Shown here: positions 36,208 to 49,194 of the stretch, in pieces
How positions within the stretch are numbered: position 1 is the stretch's first letter
How the letters are laid out: each line of letters begins with the position of its first letter
Source: Macrostomum lignano
Taxonomy: Eukaryota
DNA: 64,000 nucleotides
Reading direction: 5' to 3'
Assembly (NCBI GenBank): GCA_002269645.1
Contig: NIVC01000838.1
Coordinates: 371,408 to 435,407 of the forward strand
Program-made: the position numbers and the translations under genes
Notes under the pieces: model-generated
Told to the model about the DNA's origin: nothing
The model's input: only the letters and a program-made list of their open reading frames with translations
The model's database searches: none

Positions 36208-36559
36208 CCATAGACAAATTCGGTCGCAAAAAGTACAGACTAAGGGCAGCATAGCAACAAAAACTCATCACTGAAATTTGATGTCCGTGCATCTACGCGT
36301 CTTATATAGGTGAGGTGTTAGTACTCTCACCTTTTTGACAATAGCAGCCATCAGTTGCGGCCAACTTGATGTCTCGCTGATGCGGTAGTCAAAGCCCAGT
36401 CGTTCAGCCATGCCGTCTAGAACGGAAACACTGAAGCCCGTAAAAGATCCGTTGCTGAATGTGACGAATGGCGGTTCCTGGAGGGTTCAGAGATCATTGA
36501 ATTTTATTTTTAAAAGTTTAACAAATAAAAAAGCATCCAAATTTGTCTGACAATCTTTT

Positions 36560-36980
36560 GACTCCCTAACAGTAAGCTCCAACTCCTTAAAGTAAGCTCC
36601 AGCTCTATAGTAAGTTCCAGCTCCTTACAGTAAGTTCAAACTTCCTACAGTAAGCTCCAACTTCCTACAGTAAGCTCCAACTCCCTACAGTAAGCTTCAA
36701 CTCCTACAGTAAGCTCAACTTCTAAGTAAGCTCTAACTCTCTACAGTAAGCTCCAACTCTTATAGTAAGCTCAACTCTTTATCAGTAAGCTCCAACTCTT
36801 TACAGTAAGCTCCAACTCTACAGTAAGCTCCAACTCTTTATAGTAAGCTCCAACTCTTTACAGTAAGCTCCAACTCTTTATAGTAAGCTCCAACTCTTTA
36901 CAGTAGCTCCAAATCTCTACAGCAAGCTCAACTTCCCACAGTGAGCTCTCCAACTCCCTACAGTAAGCTTCAACTTCATA
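36560..36980. repeat. ~20-bp minisatellite (CAGTAAGCTCCAACTCTTTA)
   Basis: Direct reading. Confidence 0.88.
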
Positions 36981-37299
36981 AAGTACTCACAGTGGGCTGA
37001 CCTATCAGCAAAAATAAAGTTGCACTATCGTTCTAGCAAAATCATTTATCTCACCAGAAGTGCAAGAACTCGAAATTTCGGCCTCGTTGCCTTTTAGAAC
37101 GATTCTGCAAACGTAATTTTGTAATCAAAAAGCTATTTAAAGCGATTGAGTTCAGTCTCAAGACTAAGGATGCATACCGATCGTGGGACAACCTAGCATG
37201 ATCGTCAGCACAATTTCGTCTGACTGTTGGAGAACTCGCATTGGATCGCCAGGTGGGAAACTTCTGAATGAATAATGGCTTGTTTTAAATATGGCTATC

Positions 37300-37592
37300 A
37301 AAGACTTTCGTTTGAACGCACGGTTTATTGTTAAACTCACGTCAGGTTCAAAGACTTCATTTAAACGCACGGTTTATTGTTAAACTCACGTCAGGTTCAA
37401 AGACTTCATTTAAACGCACGTTTAGACTGTTAAACTCACGTCAGGTTCAAAGACTTATTTAAACGCACTTACTGTTAAACTCACGTCAGCTTCAATGACT
37501 TCATTTAAACGCACGTAGACTGTTAAACTCACGTCAGGTTCAAAGACTTCATTTAAACGCACGTAGACTGTTAAACTCACGTCAGGTTCAAA
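37300..37592. repeat. ~48-bp minisatellite (TTAAACTCACGTCAGGTTCAAAGACTTCATTTAAACGCACG...), about 6 copies
   Basis: Direct reading. Confidence 0.9.
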
Positions 37593-38215
37593 AAAGTCAA
37601 CTTGATGGCTATTGCCATTCCCCGCCAGCATCCGACAGACCACCCAGGCTTTGGCTGGCGGCCGGCGTTGCGTAGCAACTAGATGCATCGGGCGCTGATT
37701 ATCGTTAAGTGGCGATAAGTGTCCCATTGCTTGAGCTGCAGAGAGTAAAACGTGACAGGCAAGGGCAGTCGAGAGCTGTTTCCCAGTCCATTATTAGGTC
37801 ACAGTTGACTGGCTCTGCTACGAGTACAGTTCCTAACAACTTCTCTGAGAATTTCTGTAGCAAACAAGACTGTGAATGCTCTCTGTGAGAGTAATTAACT
37901 CTGTAGAATGGCTAATATTATTCAGGAGAACCCGAGATTCTACGCCTTCATCAGTGTCACTAACCAAATGATCCTTCATAGTAGATCCAAGTGGAGACGT
38001 TGTTAAACTCCCCGACCAAGTAGTTGTCGGTCCAAGTCGTATTGCTGGACGGAGATGTCCGGCGCCCGTGGTCGGCTCTCCGCAGACAGGCTGCCATTGC
38101 TTTATGATAGCCAGCTAAAGTATATTTGCGAACAGGAATTATAGCAATCCTTACAATGCATTTAGATTTACAAATAAAATAAAAAGAAATCCGAAAATCA
38201 ACATGTGGTTTTTTC

Positions 38216-38247
38216 GACGCGTTTCGCACACCAAGGTGCATCGTCAG
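38216..38247 (-). ncRNA. Minimal hammerhead ribozyme core in the Penelope 3' pLTR
   Basis: CTGACGA - stem II (GCAC/GTGC) - GAAA - palindromic ACGCGT - GTC cleavage triplet. Stem I is weak, so activity is uncertain. Confidence 0.6.
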
Positions 38248-39984
38248 GTATATTGTTTGAAACGAAAGGTGTGAGTAAGCGAATTTATAAATTATTTGTC
38301 AAGTAGCTGGTGAGTAAGTATTTTGTATGTACAGAGTAGTTGGAGGTTGATAGTCCGTAGGGCGGGGCGAAGACCAATAGGCAGAAAACAAAATATAATT
38401 GAATGAGTACTGGTTACAACAAGGTCAGTGCTCTCTCACTCAGAATACACGGAGAACATGGCCTGCACCACTGTGTTGGAGTTGCGTATTAAGGGTGGGC
38501 GACTAGTTTTTTATGTACAATGCTTCTAAGATCTTGAGCTTGTGATCAGATGGGCATTGATCGATGATTTTAAAACGTTCTTCGTTGTGTACAATTAGAG
38601 CAGCTGTTACATTCCAAAAGGTGGGTTTGGATGGCCGACGGTTTGAGCCAGTGCTCCCTGGTTCTAGTGTGCAGGTGTCTTTTGGTCTTCCCCACGTAGG
38701 AGACGCTCTGGTCAACAGAGCAGTTGAAACAGTAGACAACACCTGCACGCAGAGCACGGGGTACACGTGACTTTAACCGACCGACAAAACTGCCAACTTT
38801 GGAACAGCGGAAAATAACGCGAATTTGGCTGTTGAAAGAGTTGTGGAATAATTTGCAAATCCTGTTTTTGAAGGTGAGAGAAGGATGGCCAAAGAAAGGG
38901 AGAATGAGGGTTGGTTCACTAAGGTCAATGTGGTCAGGTTTGGAAACTTTTTGGTGATTCACTCTTTCAGAAATGAATTTGTGGATGTTGTGGTGGATGA
39001 AGGCAGATGGGTAACCGTTTTGTTGGAGCATTTTGGTCAGGAATCTAATTTCTTGGTCAAAGTTGATCCAGGAGTTGCAGACAGTGTAGGCTCTGTGAAG
39101 CAAGCATCTGATCAGACCAGATTTCCACTGTCTGGGGCACACGGCATAAAAGTTGAGAATGAGATTGGTGAAGGTTTTTTTGCGGAAAACTTTGGTGAAA
39201 AGGTTCCCACCGCTGAGATCGATGTCAAGGTCAAGGAACGGAAGTTTATGGTCAGTAGCAATCTCATTGGTGAACTTAATATTGTCATGGGTGGAATTGA
39301 TAGACTGGAAGAAATGGTCAAGTTTGTTCTTGCTTTCAAAGATGGCAAACGTTTCATCGACATAGCGTCTGTAAAATTTGCGCACAGTCAAGGGACATCC
39401 AGTTGTTGGTTTCCCAATGAGTCAAGCAGACTTCAGCCAGAGTAGGGGCCAGCGGACTTCCCATGGCGCAGCCCTCAATTTGCCGGTAGTATTTACTGTT
39501 GAACATGAAGATTCCAGAGGTCGCAAAGCCAAGAAGTTTTTTAAAAGAGTCCTTAGACAAAGAAATGGAGGTAGGATTGCGTTAAACACTTAATTCAGTG
39601 GCGAGGTCAATAGCAAGTTTCAGGGGGATGTTAGTAAAGAGTGAAACAACATCGAAACTGCAGAGAATGTCAGACTTCTTGATGTCAGAGCACGAATTTT
39701 GAAGATCTTTCAGAAAAGCGCTGTTGGATTTCGAGGTGAATTCAGTAGAAATGCAAGGTTTGATGAGCGAGTCCAGGTATTTAGCAAGCTCGTATTCGGC
39801 GGTGTTGACCATGGAAACAATTGGTCTGAGGGGTTTTTCTGGTTTGTGCACCTTGCAGACCCCGTAGAGCTGACCAGGTTGGCTACCGCAGGGTAAGATG
39901 CGCTGGCGCTGGTACGTGCAAGGATCAAATGTGTTGTTTGACATGATCCTTGCACACTCACACCTTTCGTTTCGAACAATATAT

Positions 39985-40016
39985 CTGACGATGCACCTTG
40001 GTGTGCGAAACGCGTC
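39985..40016 (+). ncRNA. Second copy of the hammerhead core, in the inverted pLTR
   Basis: Identical core CTGACGATGCACCTTGGTGTGCGAAACGCGTC in the opposite orientation. Confidence 0.55.
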
Positions 40017-40204
40017 GAAAAAACCACATGTTGATTTTGGGATTTCTTCTTATTTTACTTGCCAAGCGAGCCACTTTACCTGATTACAAACAAAAATTTA
40101 CTACAATAAGAGATTGTTCAAATTTTGTCACAACACTGGGCAGAGCAGCTCTCGTGCTAATTTGGTGTCAGTTCACGGAATTTCACCTGAAGCCAGTGGT
40201 ATTC

Positions 40205-40510
40205 GTGCCCATGAGGCAGAGAGTGCATGCAAGCCTGACGATGGGAAAGTCTAGGCCGCTGTGTACAACCAGTGTGAGCGGTTCCTGCGTTCTTATCCGT
40301 GTCCTGGGGGCACCCTGGCGCAACGCCTTTAGTGACATCGTTCCATTACAAACGCGGAGGCAATGTTGCCCGCTGACTCCCGAGAACATACAAGTTTGCC
40401 AATACTGTACTCAGGCACCACTCATACACACGCTCACACAGGGTGTACAGGGTCGTGACGTCACTGGCATGACTACCTCACTGACTCAGTGGGTCGACTG
40501 TGGCCTTGAT
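40205..40510. mobile_element. Two convergent diverged fragments related to the tRNA-SINE family
   Basis: Plus-strand CCCATGAGG..GCCTGACGA..AAAGTCTAGGCCGCTG..GTGTGAG (about 40205-40290). Minus-strand matches CACCCTGGCGCA and CTCACACAGG..GTACAG (about 40311-40490). Confidence 0.5.
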
Positions 40511-42118
40511 TTATGGCAGTGACTAAAGTCCCAAACCTCTGCGGCCAACGAAACGCAGCCGCTTGGCAGAAACAACGCAGATATTCCATAGGTCGTAGCA
40601 CTTACTTATACATTCTTTTTTGTCGTCGGCATACGCTAAGTAGAGCGATCCAACAAGGCATGCTGTTACAATCAAAATACTATGCATATTTTTTCAAAGT
40701 CTGCTTCACTGGACGGAAAGGCATAGCTAATCAAGATTTCTTTAGTATAAGAAGCCTCGTAACTGCCTGTAGGGCTTTGACTAAGTCGAGCAATTCGACA
40801 TCCAATCAGGGCTGAGCAGAGTTGTAACTTCGTAGTAGAGTAGTCGAGACTACTACTCTGGTGCAGCACTCAGGCGTGGGAAGTATAAAATGCTGTAGAA
40901 TCCCAGTTGTGTGAAGAACATCAATGAAAATATTCATATTAAATATTCATATTAGAATTGTAAAATATAATACTATTGCAAACCTATTGACTGACTTTTT
41001 TATTTTTGTACACTTAAATTAGAATAACAGCAAAATTTCAAGTTTATGCCATATCATGAAATTGATCATTTTTTCTAAATTAATATCATGATTATTCTTT
41101 GTTCGGCATAAAAATTATAACAATGTCGTCTGAATGTCATGAAAATGTGAGTAAATTAAACAAAAATATTAAAGAAGCTTCAAAGCGTATTGAAAGATTT
41201 AAGGCATATTTAAGGCATGTCATCATTTAGGCATGAACCATTAATAAAAAATATGTAAGACTGAAAAAATGCATGCAAAAAGCTTTAATTATACAAAAAA
41301 ACTTATTGAACTTAATATATGATTCAAATAATAACATACAAATTATTCCTTATTATTTATAAAATTAAAATAAATAGTTTTTGTTGCATCGATTTCAAAG
41401 CAGTTTTTTTATTGTAAAATTAATATTTATAAGTATTTTAATAGTCATAGCTAGTTAATGGATAATAGCTAATACGAGTATAATTTAATTGTTAGGTCGG
41501 ATGCAAAGTGTATGCTTTTTTGCATCTGATCTTGAGGAAAAAAGTTGAAAAAATATTGCTATTACAGACAATACTGTAACGTAAAAGATATCGGATTTAA
41601 CTATAAAATACATTTTAAATTTCTGCCGAATATAGCTTAGCTAATTGTATAATAAACGCTGGGCCGAACAGTTGGTCAAACGTTCGAAAAATTTAAAATG
41701 TTACCGTGGTTGAGTTTAGTTAAACAAGCATAATAAATCGAACTGATTAATGCTTCAATGGTCGGCTTATTTGTGACAGGAATGTGTAGAATTTTGTTAT
41801 TAATAATTCTTTGCATAAAAATAAAGCATTATATTTTTGTTTGTGTATGTGGGGTGATCCTGTGACCTTGAAACTAGCTGGTCTACGGCTGGTCATTCGA
41901 AGGCGCTATTTTGGTACGCGCAACGCATATAAATTCTCGAAGGAAAGGTCGATAAAATTGTTGCTTTTATACTAAGAATTTTTTCCTAGACAATAGAATT
42001 TTTTTAGTTTTAGCTTAATTTTTAGGAAGCAACATCTACGGCCGTAAAGGATCGGATTGTGCATATTTAATAGCACAGGCAGCCCCACTCTGAGATGCTA
42101 CAAAAGTCGTCTCCGAAA

Positions 42119-45100
42119 ATGAAATATTTGGTCGTCGTGATCCTTCTATTAACACTTGGACTGAGTTATGTGAGTTTTAAATGACGAGATTCTCCGTGTC
42201 TTTTTAATGCTTTTGTTCAATACATTAAATGCTCTGCGGGTACCAAACATTAAATTAAAATGAATGCCTGTGCTAACATCTTATTCTTTCTAGGCCTCTG
42301 CCGATTGCATTATGTATGATGAGTGCTCTCGTAGCCCAACGGATAATCCAATCAATTGCCGATACAACGGGCCCGCGAAGCCTCTTAACAACCAAAAGTC
42401 TTTGTCTCTGCTACGATCATTTTGCCCGGAAATCGCTTCTGGAAGTTCAGGGGACGTCGTGACTTGCTGCTCAGAGCGTCAGATTGAAACGTTGAGCATC
42501 CAAATGGATCGCGCAGGCCTTCTACTTAGGCGCTGTCCAGCGTGTTGGAAAAATTTTCGATCCATGTTCTGCAACATGGCTTGCTCGCCGAACCAAAGCT
42601 TGTACCTACAGGCGACCAGCTTCGACGAATCCGTAAATACAGTGACAAGCGTGAACTACAACATCAGCAGCAACTTTGCTCACACATTCTTCAACAGCTG
42701 CAAAGGCGTTAGTCACGGCAACGGCAAAGCTATATCAGCAATGTGCGGATCTGTCAGCGTGGAATCGTGCACCGTGAAAGACGTGTTTAAGTTTTTGGGT
42801 AGTCCAGCCGAAAATCCGTATGCTCCGTTCGACATAAAATTCTCCCTTGAGGACCAATGCTTCACTATCGATGGTAAAATGCACTGCCCAATGAATGAAA
42901 GCTCAGTTCAGTGTCATCTTGGCGATCGAGAGCGAGGAGTTGCTGCCTGCTCCTGTAGCGATTGTCAAGCTGTCTGCCCGAAGAACCAGACACTCCAAAC
43001 GATCCGAAACCCTGGCAGGTGCTGGGAATCGACGGCTGGTACATTGTCATGGCTGCCATCTACGTCTCATTCTTAGTCGTCTTCGCCGCCTGGAACATTT
43101 ATTTCTTTGCTCAAACGCACCGTAAGAACTTAAACTCTCGAGTTAGCACATCTTCCAAGGATTCGAATGCTGCATACTCAGCAGCGTCCTCCGAAAAGGT
43201 TACATCCACCGAATTGACGTACGGCCTCACCTCGCCGAGTAGCCAGGCCTTCCTAACTGACGGCAGTCGCTTGTCCGATACCGAATCGACTGCTCAGATC
43301 GCGTCAGCGGGCAGATTGAAGCTCGAATCGAAGCCGCCTTTACTAGCTGGGGTCTGCTCGTGGCGAAGCATCCGGTGCTCGTCATCATGCTGAGCTTTGT
43401 AGTTTGCATAGCCCTGTCCTGCGGCGTTCTGTTCTTCCAAGTCACTACCGACCCTGTTGAGCTATGGAGCTCCCCGCAGTCTACTGCCCGCCAACAGAAA
43501 GCCTTTTTTGACAAAAACTTTGGGTAAGCAAATTGTAACTTTCCTTTGTGAATACTTACACTTCATCTGTCCTCTTAATTCTGTCTTCTACATTAAGGGT
43601 CAGCCATTACCTTGAGTTGTGCTTGAGCGCTGTTTTCGAAAGCAAATTATTAACAATGCTAGACCGGCTTTGACTAGAATTTTCTCTTTCCCTCTCTCTT
43701 TTCTTCTCTAGGCTGGCAGTCCCAGCCTGTGCGCAGTGTGTCTATAGTAGTTCGTGGCGCGCCGCGTTTCGCTGCATCGGCATGATTCCTTTGCAAGCGA
43801 CGAGGGTACGAGTATAAGAAATTTAGCGCGGTGCGCAAATATCGAATGCATACAGCGCAAGCTAAAGCTTTTTTCAGCTGCAGTTAGTCACCCCACGGTT
43901 CGATCAGTCCCAGGACTTTGGGGAGGGAAGGGCGCAGACTGCAGGACTGCTGTATGAAGTCTCTCTTCAGCTATTGAGGGGTTCTGTGGGCAACCCGCTG
44001 CTATGCGTGAACATTATTTAACGTATTATATATTGTAACTTTAAACCCGATTATAAGATTGTAGGGGGAGTCACTTAAGTGCATAAAAATTGTAAGGTAG
44101 ATTAATATATCGATAGACGGCTTCTAGTCTATCATGTTCAGATATGATACATTTTCAATAGCCTCGCATTACAATGGGTGGGATCTAGTGCAGTCAAACC
44201 CTGTGTACAGAGAGTTGGGTGAGGAGTCTTACCCACCTGACACTATGAGCGTAGACCCACCCATAACCCATCATTAGACTACCTGTCTCGGCGGGGGCGG
44301 TCATGCCACACGGCCCCCTTCCCACCCAGCGTGCATCAGAATAAATTAGGCCATTCTGAGCGGCCGCAATCCATCGTAATGTTTTCTTTGCAGCATTCCT
44401 TTCTTAATTCCGTCCCAGTCCCGGTGCGGCGCCTATGTGTGAGCTGTAACGGCGCTCAGAAAAGCACAAACCATTTGCAAGTTTTAAGAAGGCTCCAAAT
44501 CTTGCCATAATACGTTCGTAATTCAATCTGTCCACACACCGTCTCTCTGTGTCGGTCAACTCACTTAATTGGCATATAGTTTTTTGTTGTTGCCATAGCT
44601 GGGTGCGCCGCCTCGCATTTACCTGGAATTACAGAGCCGCTTTAAATAGGCTACTCTTCTACTCACTCCAACCCCTCTCTAACCATAAGTAGTGTCGGGC
44701 AGAAAGCCAGTTACTTGACACACTCTTAAACCAAATATCTGTCTGAATTTGCTGGGTTATGCTATTTTAAGTTCAAAAAGTGGCCTGATATGAGATGCCA
44801 ATGCAACGCACGATGTACTCATTAAGTGTGCACTGATGAACCGCTCGAACCTTTCTTGTCATTTCAGACCATTCTACCGAACTGAGCAGGTGATCATTAT
44901 CCCGAGAAACCAGACGCACTACATTCACGAGCCAGAGTCTCCTTACTTTGATCCTCCAGTGCACAGGGCATTCGGGCCAGTTATTAACAAAAAGTTCCTT
45001 CAGAAGGTGCTTAATTTGCAGACAAACATCACTAACATGAAGGTGTGGAGCAAAGCCAAGAAACGAGACATCAGCTTGACTGACATCTGCTTTAAGCCGC

Positions 45101-48028
45101 TTTCGCCTAGCTATTCAACCTGCGCGGTGCAAAGTCCTTTGGGCTACTTCCAGTCCAACACCAGCACGTTGAACAAGGTCGCCATAGATTTTGACTTCGG
45201 TCTGACCTACGCCGACTTTGTCACACACCTGATTGCTTGCACAAAAAACCCGCTCAGCGTTAATAGCGACATCAACCTGAAGCTGAGCTGCTTCTCAGAG
45301 TGGGGCGGCCCGATCTACCCTTGGGTGGTATTTGGCGGCTACAGTGGAAAAGAGTACCTCAATGCTACCGCCATTGTTCTCACGTTTCTCGTTAATAACG
45401 ACGCAAATCGGGAATCGGAGCAGGTAAAAGTATTGTCATATTGATTCGAATATTATATAGCTTAATGATTGGCATTTGCAAGCGTGTGTTTATCTGCTTC
45501 AATTACAGGTTCGCATGGCCATGGAATGGGAGGAAGCTTTTCTAAACGTAATGCACAAGTTTAAGAACGAGTCGCACGAAGAACTCGACGTGCGTTATTC
45601 GTCTGAGCGTTCAATTCAAGACGAGCTAGAACGGGAGTCCAACTCAGATGTAGTTACCATTCTTGGTAGCTACCTCTTAATGTTTGCCTACGTGACGTTG
45701 ACGCTTGGTCAATACAAATCCTGTAGACGGCTGCTAGTTAATGTAAAGATTACACTAGGCCTGGTTGGAGTTGTGATTGTTCTAGTGGCAGTTTTCTGCT
45801 CCCTGGGCGTATGGAGTTACCTGGGATTTCCTGCCACGCTGATAATCATCGAAGTAGTTCCCTTCCTTGTTCTGGCAGTCGGAGTTGATAACATATTCAT
45901 TCTGGTGCACACATTGCAACGTGACTTCGTCGGAGCAGACAGTGTGGAGGCAAAGGTGGCCCGGGTGGTCGGCCGTGTTGGTCCCAGCATGCTGTTGAGC
46001 AGCCTCAGCGAGTCTGTGGCCTTCTTTTTCGGCGCTTTTACCCCCATGCCGGCGGTGAGGGTGTTTGCGCTTTACGCTGGCATGGCTGTGCTGCTGGACT
46101 TTCTGCTCCAGATAAGTTGCTTTGTTGCCGTTCTATCGCTGGACGCCAAAAGGCAAGCCGCTAAACGGATGGATATACTATGCTGCTGTGCGTCTAAGAA
46201 AGTGGAGAAGGCGGAGAAGGCAGCGAATAATAAGCCAGAAAAGACCGAGAGCAAAGGCCTGCTGTTCCAATTCTTTAAGCGCTTCTTGTCTACCTTTATC
46301 TTCAACCGTTGGGTTCGACCAATAATAATTAGCATCTTTGTCGGCTGGGCCTGCGTGTGCTTGGCCTGCGTACACAACATTCGTGTTGGATTGGACCAAG
46401 AGCTGAGCATGCCAGAAGACAGTTACGTGACCTCATACTTTGACGGCATCAAGAAGTACCTTAGCGTCGGCCCGCCAGTCTACTTTGTGGTCTCCGGACC
46501 GATGGACTTCGCCAATCCGGTGCACCAAAATCTCATCTGCAGTCGCGCGGGATGCCCACAGAAGTCGATGCTGAATCAGCTGTCTCAATTGGCTGAGGCG
46601 CCGAACTACTCGCACATTGTAAGCCCACCGAGCTCCTGGCTTGATGACTACGTTGACTGGCTTGAGCCGAGCGAGACTTCGCCTTGCTGCAGCTACCACA
46701 AGTCCGGCTCGTTCTGCCCTGCATCGAACCGCACCGCCGACTGCACGCCTTGTGGCGTCAATTTTACAACCGACGGCTGGCCAGTGCAGGGCGAGTTTTT
46801 CCGCTACCTCGACTTTTTCCTCAAGGACAATCCAGGCGTCGCCTGCCCCAAGGGCGGCCATGCGGCCTATGCTGCGGCTCTTAATCGCGAGAAACGGCAG
46901 TCTCGCACAGTGGGGGTGTCCGCCTCTCATTACATGACCTACCATTCGGTTTTGCGCAACGGCGATGATTTCATCAATGCGTACAAGATGGCCGTAAAAA
47001 TTTCGGACGACATCACGAGTCACTTCAAGGACACGACTGGACGCGACGATCTGAAGGTGTTCCCGTACAGTGTGTTCTACGTATTCTACGAGCAGTACCT
47101 CACAATTGTGACGGACACGGCTATCAATCTGGGGGTCTGCTTGGCAGCGATCGGCCTTGTCACCCTGATGCTGCTTGGCTTCGACTTCTTTGCCACGTTC
47201 ATCATTCTGCTGACTATTGGCCTAATCCTGCTGTCAATGCTGGGCCTGATGTTCTTCTGGAACATATCGCTGAATGCCGTCTCGCTTGTTAATCTTGTCA
47301 TGGTGAGTACTACTCATGCAACAACAAAGCTACTTATTATCATATTTACTTCTGTAACTATTAGTCTCGACCTTCTGTAGCCTTTGGTACACTTTATCGA
47401 AACGTACTTCAGTACAAACGAAATAATATTAATTTACTCAACAGGCACTCGGAATCTCGGTGGAGTTCTGTTCTCACCTGGTCCGAGCATTTACCGTGTC
47501 CGCTGAGAGGACGCGACTGGAGAAAGCGCGCGACTGCTTCGTCCACATGGGCAGCTCCGTGTTTTCCGGCATCACCCTGACGAAGCTGGGCGGCATCATT
47601 ATCTTGGGCTTTGCCAAGTCGCAGCTGTTCCGAGTGTTCTACTTCCGCATGTACCTGGGTATCGTGCTGTTCGGTGCTCTGCACGGTCTCCTGTTCCTGC
47701 CAGTGCTGCTCAGCTACATAGGTAAGCTCGTTTGGATCGATATTAAGGATTTACCTAGTAATTTAGTGAGGCCTGACTCTATTGGCCGCTATACCGAGTT
47801 TACTTAACACTTAAATACGAGCCTATTAGTCAGTCACGGGGCTGTAAGCAGGTACACCCACAAACTTCGTGGTCGTGAATCGCACGACAAGCCGTACTCA
47901 ACCCCACCCTGGCAACTGTTGCATTTCAAGCACTGCGATCTTCAATCGAAAATTGCTCATTTTCAGGGCCGGTCAGCAAGCACAGGCAGATTGTTCGCAA
48001 GGTGGCTATTTTGATGGAGAATATCTGA
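42119..48028 (+). CDS. NPC1: Niemann-Pick C1-type cholesterol transporter, 6 exons, about 1320 aa after repairing two 1-nt deletions
   Basis: Exons 42119-42169 (signal peptide; alternative in-frame ATG at 42095), 42294-43523 (Cys-rich NTD; frame breaks near 42980 and 43261-43300), 44868-45423 (GPFYRTEQ), 45509-47302 (sterol-sensing domain [39 protein letters not shown]), 47445-47721 ([32 protein letters not shown]) and 47967-48028. NPC1 versus NPC1L1 is a vertebrate distinction. Confidence 0.95.
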
Positions 48029-49194
48029 GCTGCTCAATGTGATTAGCTTATCAAAGTCATTTGTTTTTGCATATCATTAACTAAATGCCATGTAATAAAC
48101 TATTTTTTATGTCCTTTTCCCCGCCTACGCCCGCATGGAAGCTAGCAATTTTGAGTTTTCTGTGTCAAAGATTACAGCTTCCAGTTGCTCGAGATCAGTA
48201 ATGCTTGGACTGCTTTTCACTGATCAAACTCTTTTGTATTACTTAAGCTTTTTTCTAGATATATTTGCTATTTTTCAATTGCTTTTGAGCCCAGAGTAGC
48301 TGTTCTCTCTCTCTCTGGCCCATATTAGGAGCTTGTCGCAACCGCCAGCAGCTTATGCTACTCCGTTTTGTTTAACCCACTTTGGCACAGCTGAGTTTAT
48401 CTACCTTTAATACGATAACAGTTGAGAAATTTACCATATTGATGCACTATTTAATAAGCAAGGATTCTAATTGTCAATAATTTTTAATTAAGCCAATCCA
48501 AACACTGATCTTGTGCTCACGAGCATTCAATTATGAGATGCCTTTTTTCTGAAAGCACACTATGAAGCATCTGCGCCTTAATTTTGCAAAGGGCAACCCA
48601 GCTAAAGACAAAACTTCAAGTGTTTGAGTTCAACTTTATTAAACTGAAAAGATGAGGTCTGAACCCGCGTGAGTGCGTGCACACTTGCGAAAGTCTGCTG
48701 GGGACCTGGAGGCGCGGCCAAGCTTTTCTCGGTTGGCATTGAAAGAAATTTTCCATTCTTCTCGCTCACATGACCGCGCGCTTATTGAGGACAATTAGTT
48801 ATTTGGTCAAAGCGAAGTTAAAGAAATGCTTATGAAGCTTTGAGCAACAAGTTACCTTCTCAGCTATTCTCTGGCTGCTGCTTGCAAGTCTCTCTTAACT
48901 TCATTTTCATTCCACTCTCAGATTTAAGTTTCAATAGCCACTGTTTCCGTGCCTGTTGCTAGTTGTAATTTTTTACTTTTTTAGACATGGATGCATTCAG
49001 TTTTTGGCATAATAACTTGCCTAAGGATGAACTAGAAGCTACCGTTGTATCAGAATGTAAAGCTCTCGTCCAGTGAACAGCTTGCTTTTTAGCAATAAAT
49101 TATTAAAACCTCTCCTTTCACGCGGCTTCCAATTTGCATGTTATCGACGGTAGCGTGACAATTACCTGCGCACAACGGTCTGCATAACAACTAG

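Larger units (their letters stand above)
32147..36477 (-). pseudogene. Ionotropic glutamate receptor family gene, incomplete or disrupted
   Basis: In-phase exons: 36331-36477 (S1: EPPFV..GFSVSVLDGMAERLGFDY), 34461-34772 (ADIGIGPISISSERRRSVD plus M1), 32806-32903 (end of S2: ILQMQQDRTLETLKMQWW..C) and 32147-32295 (M4: LKLSSISGIFVLP..E). Pore/M3-like sequence at about 33575-33695 is degenerate and most of S2 is not findable. Upstream ATD exons are unresolved. Confidence 0.75.
38170..40058 (-). mobile_element. Penelope-like retroelement (RT + GIY-YIG endonuclease), 5'-truncated and frameshifted, with inverted pLTR copies at both ends
   Basis: RT motifs LYGVCKVHKPEKPLRPIVS, SFDVVSLFTNIP, GCAMGSPLAP, RYVDETF, LPFLD; endonuclease VVYCFNC..YVGKTKRHLHTRTREH..LKILEALYI. 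Segments 38172-38276 and 39956-40058 are reverse complements. Confidence 0.93.

Noticed and set aside
36930-38160. Candidate upstream (ATD) exons of the iGluR gene
   Set aside because: Several AG...GT-bounded open segments exist, but I could not join them in phase or recognise motifs.
42960-43300. Programmed ribosomal frameshifting in NPC1 or the other genes
   Set aside because: No slippery heptamer or downstream structure seen; five same-sign breaks in unrelated genes are better explained by sequencing error.
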